Assembly (NCBI GenBank): GCA_000934665.2
Contig: JYFJ02000771.1
Coordinates: 62,001-109,207, forward strand
Direction: 5' to 3'
Length of the DNA stretch: 47,207 nucleotides
Source: Catajapyx aquilonaris
Taxonomy: Eukaryota
Part shown: positions 39,201 through 47,207 of the stretch, in pieces
Layout: each line of letters starts with the position of its first letter
How positions within the stretch are numbered: the first letter of the stretch is position 1
The notes under the pieces: model-generated
Databases searched by the model: none
The model's input: only the letters and a program-made list of their open reading frames with translations
What the model was told of the DNA's origin: nothing
Translations under genes and position numbers: made by a program

Positions 39201-42200
39201 TGATATGCATTGATATATTGATATGACATTATAGCCTATGCTTAAAACTGTTGCCCTCTTGGAAGTTTTGAAATGCACCTCTAAATATTTATTATGAAGT
39301 ATGAGGATTTATCTGACAGCAAAGTAGTGAATGCAAGTAGTAGAAAAATATAGGGGTCATTTTCATTGTAATTATGTAGTAATTTTGTCAACTAATGTGA
39401 CTTGTAATAATATTTCAGAGCTTAGGAGGTCACACTACCCCAGTTGAGTGTGTCCGTTTTGGTCACACAGAAGAGCTGGTGGTAGCAGGCTCTCAAGCAG
39501 GTGCCCTAAAGATCTGGGACCTGGAGGCGGCCAAAATGATGCGTACACTGACAGGCCACAGAGGAGCCATCCGCTGCGTTGATTTTCATCCCTACGGTGA
39601 CTTCCTCTGCTCTGGTTCCCAGGACTCAAACCTTAAGCTGTGGGATGTTCGGCGGAAAGGATGCATTTTCACTTACAAAGGACATGCCCAGGGTGTCAAC
39701 TGCCTCAGGTTGGCATTATTTTGAGTGTCAGTCATACCTGCAGTTTCAAAAATTCAATTGATCTGCTAGGAGTTGTTGAAGAAATTAAGTAAAGGTTACA
39801 CAGCACCATTGTTATGCTGCTGAAGAAGGTCATAAATTGACACTGTGGGGTAATTTTGATGGTGTCGCAATGTTATTATTAATGTTTTGGGAACAGGCAC
39901 TGGTCTTGCAAAATTTACTTACCACTTTAAGAGATATAACACGTGTCATGCACATTCCTCCTCATTGTTTTATCAAGCCAAATTTACACCGTGTAGTTAA
40001 TGCGCTTGCAGCCATTGTGTCAGTTTTTACTTTCACAATATTCTGCATGTTGTTGTTATTCCAATTTCACAGTAATGTGAAAATATTGTTGTCTCAGGGC
40101 TCAGAATATCAACTATCAAAGTTTTAAAGTGTTGCTGGCCAAAAGTTTTATGGGCACCCACTCCTGAGAGGAACCTGCGATCGAGGTATTCATCACTTTT
40201 TTGAACTAATTTTGTGGCATTTCTGTAACTTGAATTCCACATGACCAAAAAAAAAGTCGTGGATGTGGGGAAAATGAGTTTGAGAAGTTTGAAGAATGTT
40301 ACATTTGCTGTTTGATTGATAAATAAACAAAAACAGTGCCTCCAATGCCACATCACACCATTTTTGGGGAAAGAGACAGAGTGATATTTAAAATTTATGT
40401 GCAGTTGACAAGTTTCTTGAAAGAATAAGCTAATTCCCATTGAGCAGACAGGAACAGGCTGAGCCAAATGTCAAATATTGAAGACATTTGTCTGAATGGT
40501 CTGATGCTGATGCATTGGCAGTGGCGTGCAGGTTATGAGGCCAACACGTCACTGTCAGTGCTGAAAAAACATTGTATTGGGCCTGCAGGACTGCGTGCCA
40601 CCTGTACAGGTGCATAGGTGGTAAAATCTCCTTTTATGAATTGGAAAGTGATAACTTATGACTTGAGACATAAAGTGTAACACCTTGACTGAACTCAAAC
40701 TTCCTTCTTAGGTTCAGTCCAGATGGGCAGTGGGTGGCATCAGCTGGGGAGGATGGTGCTGTGAAGCTCTGGGACCTGAGGGCAGGCAGGATGCTGCAAG
40801 AGCTCAAAAAGCAACCATCAGGCAGCCAAAGTTGTGGTCCAGTGTGGGCTGTCCAGTTCCACCCCCATGAATTTCTTTTGGCATCTGGGGGGTGGGACAA
40901 GAGTGTCCTGTTCTGGGATCTAGAAACCTTTCAGCTTGTTTCTGGTGGGGAAGGAGCTTCCACCAGTAATGGATCCCCTGTTCGGTGCCTCGCTTTCCAT
41001 CCTTCAGGAGAGAGCCTTTTGAGTGGGTGCTCTGAGGGATTAAGGGTGGTTGGGTGGGAGCCATGGCGCACCTTGGGGTGGCTCCCTGTTGGATGGGGGA
41101 GGCTGCACGACATGGCCACTTCACATCAAAATCAATTGGTAGCCGCTTCCTTCCATGGATCTACTGTGGCACTCTACGTAGTTGACCTGCAAAGGCTTAT
41201 GCAGCATCAACCTAGGCACCAGCCTCAGCAGTCATTGCCTGCGGCAGCTGCATTGTCATCGTCACCTCCAAAGTCACAGGGGGCCACATCAGTTCCTTTT
41301 AAGCATGGTCACCCAGCAAGGAGGAGCTTTGTAAAGGAGAAGCCAGCAAATGGGGCCAAGCCAACGTAAGTTTTCATTGAAGTGTTTAGTGGTATAATCA
41401 GTCCTTCTGAATCTATGCTTACAGTAATAAGGTAGGCGTATTTATTTTTCTACAATATTGGTGTGGCATTCTTCCTTTAATGACAAGGACCTGTTGGGCT
41501 CAGTTATTAAAATTCTGCCTGTGGAAGAAATAATTCCTAGGCTGAAACACATAAGGCCTTAAGCAATTAATAATGTTATGACACTGTACTCTCAATTATC
41601 CAGGTGCAACTGATCTTTGGATCACCCAAAAAATAAAGTTAAAAATAAAAGTTTGAAAAAATGTCATGTCTTGCAGGAAGGTCTGTGATCAAAAACAACC
41701 AAGTCCACTTGGAAAAACTGGTTGTAAAATGATCAAAAACTGATTATTACTCAACTTTCACTGGTACAATCTTGCTTTATGCCCATCTGTTGCCGCAGTC
41801 CAGCTACATACGGAAATGTGCAATTAATATCCAATTACGTTGAATACTTAATTGCTGCATGTATTTATGTTACACCCCCAAAAGTGGACTTGGCAATTTT
41901 TGTTCTCAACATCAGATCCCTCACGTATAACAAACTTTTTCTGGAAGATAAAGTAAAAAGCTATGGTAAGTTTTATTATTTTGATTATACCTTAGTTAAA
42001 GCAGCATACACTATGTACAATAGTACATTAAAAACCTGTGAAGAGCTCATTTTACAGTATCTAGGACCATTTTTTATTATCCTTGTTGTCCGATTATCCA
42101 GGCACACCTGCGCATTCATTAGCGTGGATAATCGGGAGTACTGTATATTGTTAAGACATTGGGAGTGAAATTCTCATAACAGATATTGAGTTGGCTTTAT

Positions 42201-44410
42201 ATGTGGATTGCTAATCTGAAATCTTCAGTAAAATTAATTTGATCAGCCAGTTTATTGTGCATGGTAGTAATTGCACTTTGCTTGCAGGGTTAAGATGAAG
42301 ACAACAACAGAGGAGTCAGATCGCTCAGGCACAGATCCAGAAGATGACAGCGGGCTGTCATTTGCAGATGATATACAGCATGTCAGAGACTACAGAGCTG
42401 TCTTCCACCCTAGCAGGGATCGTAAGTCTATCACATGCACCCTCATGAAACCTTTTGGCCTTTTAGCTGTATGGCACAATATTGCACAGGACACGGTTTT
42501 TTAAGTACAGCACACACTGTCTGTAGCCACTGTTTTAGCACAGGGAAATCACAGTTTTCTGCTTCATCCTGTAGAGCAACTTGACTTGACATCTCTCCAT
42601 TTTTTCTCCCTGTTTTCTTTTTGCAGTTGCCCGAACTCCTCCCCCAAGCGGAGAACCATTTCCTGCCCCTCCCGAGGATGATGGTATGTTCTGGCTTTAC
42701 TGGTTCTGTCGTCCTTTTTTCTCTCTTCTTGTCCTGGTGAAAATGTGTGCATGCTTAAGTGTCGATAGATAATATCCTATTGACAGCAGGCCTGCCATTT
42801 TACCCACTACTATTCCTTTGGTTCAATATCTCCACTCAAGTCAAGTTGTTGCAGTTGTGTTTATATTGTAGGTGAAAGGACATCACTTTAGCTTGATTTT
42901 TCACTTTCAGTGCTTCCTTTTTTTTTGAGGTAGCACAGTTTGTGTGAACATCTTACATTAATAGGAAGAAATGGACACCTGCAGGGTCATCTGATATCTT
43001 GTAGCAGTCCTGGCCTTCAGACTATTCCTTATCCTACACCAATCCAGGTGCAACAACTTGGGGTGATATTAGTACTCTCGCTGTAGATGCGTATGGTCAT
43101 TTCTTGGAAACCTCAGATAATATTGTAGGCTTCTCATGACAACTTTGCATCTTCCCAAGGTCATTATTGGCCCATGTGGTAACATTTGGTCACACATGGG
43201 ATGGGATAAACATAATGGGTAAATCAGGACTGCCCCAAGATATTGGCTGGAGTACACTGATGCCACACTTTTTCTAGGCTTGATTCTTCATGAAATGTTT
43301 GATGTGCAATGCATGACATGGGGGCTAGTTTTTTGTGGCTTCACAAGGCACCAAACCATGTTACAAACTAGCCCACTTTATGACATGCTCTAGTATCATA
43401 CTGATGTATATTTTGCTTCAGATCCGCTGGTGCCTCAAGTGATGATGTCACCTGCAGCCTCTGGTCCTGCAGCCGCTGGTCCTGCCTCCATCTCAACACC
43501 TCACCTCCCTCCTCCCACTTCCATTGCACCTGGTAGTTCCCCCCCTTTACCTACTGCCACTACCAGGTTGCAGCCTAAGTCACCTGCCTTGGTCCATCGA
43601 CGCAGGGGAAGCCTTGGAGGGAGCCTGGGACCTGACTCTTCCCAGCCTCCTCCCACTGCTCCTGCCTCCCTTCAGCCATGCCACAGGCAAAATTCTCTAC
43701 CAGATAACAACAACAACAGTGGGCCACCATCCTCCTCCTCCTCTTCCTCTGTCTCTTCCTTCAGAGGTCAACAGCAGCAGCAACTAAGGCACTGCCCTTC
43801 AGAACCTGCCCTCCACAGATTGGATCCTCCACATGCTCGCAGCTCCTCCCTCACCAGATCTACACCAGTACCTCCTGTGTCATCCAGTATGCCCCCTCCA
43901 AAACCCCCACCACCCACGAAACATCAACCCCACCTTCCACCATCATCGGGGCCACCTTCGCCTGATATAGACAAACAAGAGCGCATAGATTACGTGCCAA
44001 TCATGCAAGAAAAACCCGCAGGACTGCAGCTGAACGATTTTTTGCCTGTGAGTTGTGTTCCCAAGTGCAGCATTTAAATGTGTTGACCTGTACATCTCAC
44101 TTCATCTATTTGAAAATGCACCTTTATAAAATGAATTCCATAAGGAACTAATTACAGCATTTTTTTTTTCTTGCAGAAGCGTCTGCAGAGTGGTGTGGGC
44201 TTCCACCACCAGATGGGCCTGGAAGAAATGGGTCTGCTGGAGGGTCTCCTCATGGGTGATCATCCTCCAGCCTCCACACAACCACAGATGTCAGAAGCAG
44301 AGGTGTTTTCCTCCATATTGAGAGGACATGACTCCATTGTTGCTATCCTCACTCACAGGCAGAGGAGCCTCCATCTCGTACACAACTTGTGGGCTACTAA
44401 AGATATCAAG
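33205..44410 (+). CDS. KATNB1: Katanin p80 WD40 subunit B1, 3'-incomplete; exons 33205-33232, 35790-35920, 39419-39708, 40712-41365, 42288-42421, 42627-42683, 43422-44047, 44177-44410, continuing beyond the window
   Basis: [58 protein letters not shown]...[42 protein letters not shown]...[21 protein letters not shown] and the start of the con80 domain ([19 protein letters not shown]). Confidence 0.95.
39109..39200. repeat. Perfect 92-bp palindrome (no spacer), TA at both ends, in a KATNB1 intron
   Basis: TACATGCGAGGCACAATATGGTAGATCTGTTGTATGTTTAATATTC is followed by its exact reverse complement. Confidence 0.95.
41582..42144. mobile_element. Degenerate Tigger/pogo-like non-autonomous element
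   Basis: The right end GGATAATCGGGAGTACTGTA is inverted relative to the decayed left end GTACTCTCAATTATCC, with internal ATTATCC repeats. Confidence 0.5.
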
Positions 44411-45247
44411 GTACAGTCCTGTTATTGTGTTGTGGGGTGGAGATACTGTTTGATCATTGGATAATAATGGATGATGCCCAAAAAGAGTTGCATGTTTGAA
44501 ACACTGTGTAGACAGTTAGATGATGTGTAGACACCCATGAATGTGCATGACGTTTCACCATTTGAAAATGCTGTCTTCTGTGTAAATGACTATAAGATTT
44601 AGGGGACAGCTACATGCAGCCCATCATTGACACGTGGTGGAAGGAATCAAATTAATATTATGGAAGGTTGCAAATCCCTTCAGTGCTGATTTTATGGGGG
44701 GAAAATTGCATTCTAATTAGGATTCTCATAATTAAAAGTGTAACTAGGGAATAGGGGGGTTTCACTTTGTCACCAGACATAAGGAATTGCCTCCACTAAA
44801 AATTACTACATAATTATGTGGAATGGCAAAATCAATCCGGTAAGGTGTCATTAGTAATTCATTCACATTTAACTTAACTACAGAAGGGGCCAGAAGCTTA
44901 CAAAGATGCTAATTTTAATTTTAATGGCAATGCCAGAAAACATCCAATTTTTAGAGTTGCATATTGGTCAGTGAAATTAACAATGGTGAAGCCAATGTGT
45001 GGGCACTATTACTGTCATGCAAGCTAGTGTTGTGAAATTGATTTTGTTAAAAGTTAGTTTTTGTGAACAATAAGCAAGTCAAAATATTCGTCTTCTGCAG
45101 ATCATGCAAAGTCATGAGTCGGTTCAGACCTGCCATATTATCTGAATCCATCAATCCACTCCAAACCTAACAAGATATCTTAGCTGTAAGTTAGAAAAAT
45201 TCAGGATAATAAATCTCATGTTTAGAGTGGCATGAAGTTTTCCCTTG

Positions 45248-45577
45248 CTGCGGTAACATATGTGCCCACGGATGTTAAGGTCCCGGGTTCGATCCCAACC
45301 CGGGGTTACCCCCTTCATCTCGTGCAGAGTTTGGGGTCATCTCTGCCCTTGTCTCGGGTGGTATCTCCGTTAAGACAAACCACCCAGGGGAGTTCACAAA
45401 ATGACCACAGCAACAACATTGCACTGCACCTTGCACATCCCCTCCTGTCATTCTGCTCGTGGGCCCGGGGGTTCAAGTAATATGTTCCACTGTATATCAA
45501 AGGTACAATAAAGGTCCATGCTACATACCTTAGACTCTTAGAGGTCAAGCACTACCCGGATTATTATTGTCATTATT
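45248..45577 (+). mobile_element. tRNA-derived SINE, slightly 5'-truncated, (ATT)n tail
   Basis: B box GGTTCGATCCC, about 200 bp homologous to the 19.6-20.0 kb SINE, an ATTATT tail and a 16-bp TSD ATGAAGTTTTCCCTTG (45232-45247, 45578-45593). Confidence 0.88.
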
Positions 45578-45721
45578 ATGAAGTTTTCCCTTGGCGAGAA
45601 ACTTTTTAGCAATATTTAGGTAGGCCCTACATGTTGAAATTTCGAAATAATTATGAAATCATTACTTAATTTTGTCATTATACCTTAGTGTTAATATATT
45701 ACTTAATCTTAATGTTTAGAG

Positions 45722-46201
45722 CAGGGCTATTCATCTGGCGGACCAATTTTGTCTGGACTGCGACGATATACAGGACAGTTTGAAATAGCATTAGAAATTA
45801 CTAATTCATGATTTTTTTGAAAAAGTGTTACCAATTTCATCAAATACACACCCATTCAAATCGCCCACATTCACCTAAGCTCGTGTGACCTTGAACCGGC
45901 CAAAAAAATTCTGCCTGTGGCAGGCTTGCTCCCCGCCCTTTACAGCTTGTTCACCGTGTGCTTATGAAATGGTCCCCCCTCCGAAATATTTTCTGTCTAC
46001 GCGCCTCTACAGGACATCATACGGGGCGAAAATGTCTCGTATGTCCTGTCTTGCTGCGCATGTTTCTATTTTTAAAAATTAACCCTGGGGTACCATATAT
46101 AATCCATATCTTTACCCAGAAGGGGGGAAGCGGGTCCAGACCTTCAATGGCCCAGGAAAGGTGAATACTGGACCTTTTCATAAACTAGTTGAATAATCCT
46201 G
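45722..46201. mobile_element. hAT (Charlie/Buster-like) non-autonomous element, 480 bp
   Basis: Imperfect TIR CAGGGCTATTCATC / GTTGAATAATCCTG, with an 8-bp TSD GTTTAGAG / GTTTAGGG (7/8 match, central TA). Confidence 0.65.
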
Positions 46202-46521
46202 GTTTAGGGCAATCCAGCAATGCTTCTGAAAACTTAACATAGGATGATGCAAAAGGTGGCCCCTTATTTCCAAATAAAGGAAACTGTTGTTCGTAAAACT
46301 TCAATATTATAAGGAAGTGAGTTATTTTGTGAGTTGTGGCCTCTACTAGTGTATTCTTCACTGTGCTTTGAGATACGGTCCTTTCATGGAACGTTTGGAG
46401 ATCTCGACTTGGCTGTGAGGCAGTCAGCCTTGTAGATGGAATGGAACTTGATGAGCAGTCAGTTTCCCTCTAGGTGCACAGATGGAGACACGAACATGAT
46501 TTCTGTCTGGCTAGGGCTGTG

Positions 46522-46557
46522 CCTTCGACCATGTATACTAGTATACATGGTCGAAGG
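46522..46557. repeat. Perfect 36-bp palindrome
   Basis: CCTTCGACCATGTATACT|AGTATACATGGTCGAAGG. Confidence 0.9.
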
Positions 46558-47207
46558 GCTCTGCAGGTAGAGTTGTAGCTTGGACCAATATCTTTTTGTA
46601 GACCGGTGTACACGGTTTACTGAAAGTGAAACCATTGGTTTCTGGTGCGTTTTGCTGAAATCATACCAGTTTTGGGTGGTGTCCTGTCTGTTTCAGATGG
46701 TTTCTGACCTGCTTCGGATGGTTTGCCCAGCAGCCGCATGTTTTTGTCTGAAAATTCTCTACACTTACTTGTGGATAGTTTCTGATAAATTTTAATATTT
46801 CGATTTTGCGATTTTCAAAAAGGGAAATTGCTATTTTCAGTCCGTAACCGAAGCATCTCTTGTAAAAATCTGCGTTGCATTTTCGAGCCTTGGTTACTCA
46901 CTAATATTATTGATGTTGCAAATTTTTTAAACAAGTATTAAGCAGATTGCTTTTTTTATGTAAAACTTAGTGGCAGGACACTCCCAGAAAGTGCAAATTT
47001 TAAAAAATTTAAAAAAGCGACCCAAGATTAGTTCCAAAACAAAGTTCTGAAAATTGTGATATTTTTCCGAATTGTCCACATCCATTTCCGAGTCCAAGAT
47101 TTTTGTCCTACGCAAAAATAGGGCATGTTAATTTTTGTGCAAGACAAATATTGTGCCAGTGCAGTGAAGTGAATTCTTTGAAAAAATTAATTATTATCAA
47201 GGACGTA

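Noticed and set aside
46780..47207. Possible start of a larger DNA transposon at the window edge
   Set aside because: AT-rich and repeat-like, but no TIR, TSD or coding evidence within the window.

Overview
Eukaryotic (invertebrate, most likely arthropod) nuclear DNA, not prokaryotic. It is a compact cluster of intron-containing housekeeping genes with GT-AG introns, many 60-120 nt long. In order: an unrecognised spliced minus-strand gene or exons (3.4-6.65 kb), mitochondrial L-threonine 3-dehydrogenase (TDH, +), DNA primase large subunit (PRIM2, -), lysosomal cobalamin transport protein (LMBRD1, +), Golgi apparatus protein 1 (GLG1, +), AKTIP/crossbronx (+), a C8orf82/UPF0598-like gene (-) and katanin p80 (KATNB1, +, running off the right end). 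Introns and intergenic DNA carry many small non-autonomous DNA elements (Harbinger-, hAT-, Kolobok- and pogo-like MITEs), two tRNA-derived SINE copies with a shared head and different tails, and three perfect spacer-less palindromes. The most intriguing signal is a putative 43-55 aa upstream ORF ending ...TAAAATTFSDYAHTFCCRKH-TGA, in frame with and 84 nt before the TDH start codon; it is a candidate threonine-responsive regulatory peptide or readthrough element. Exon models were assembled by eye from splice consensus and reading-frame continuity. Gene names come from remembered family motifs, not from database searches.
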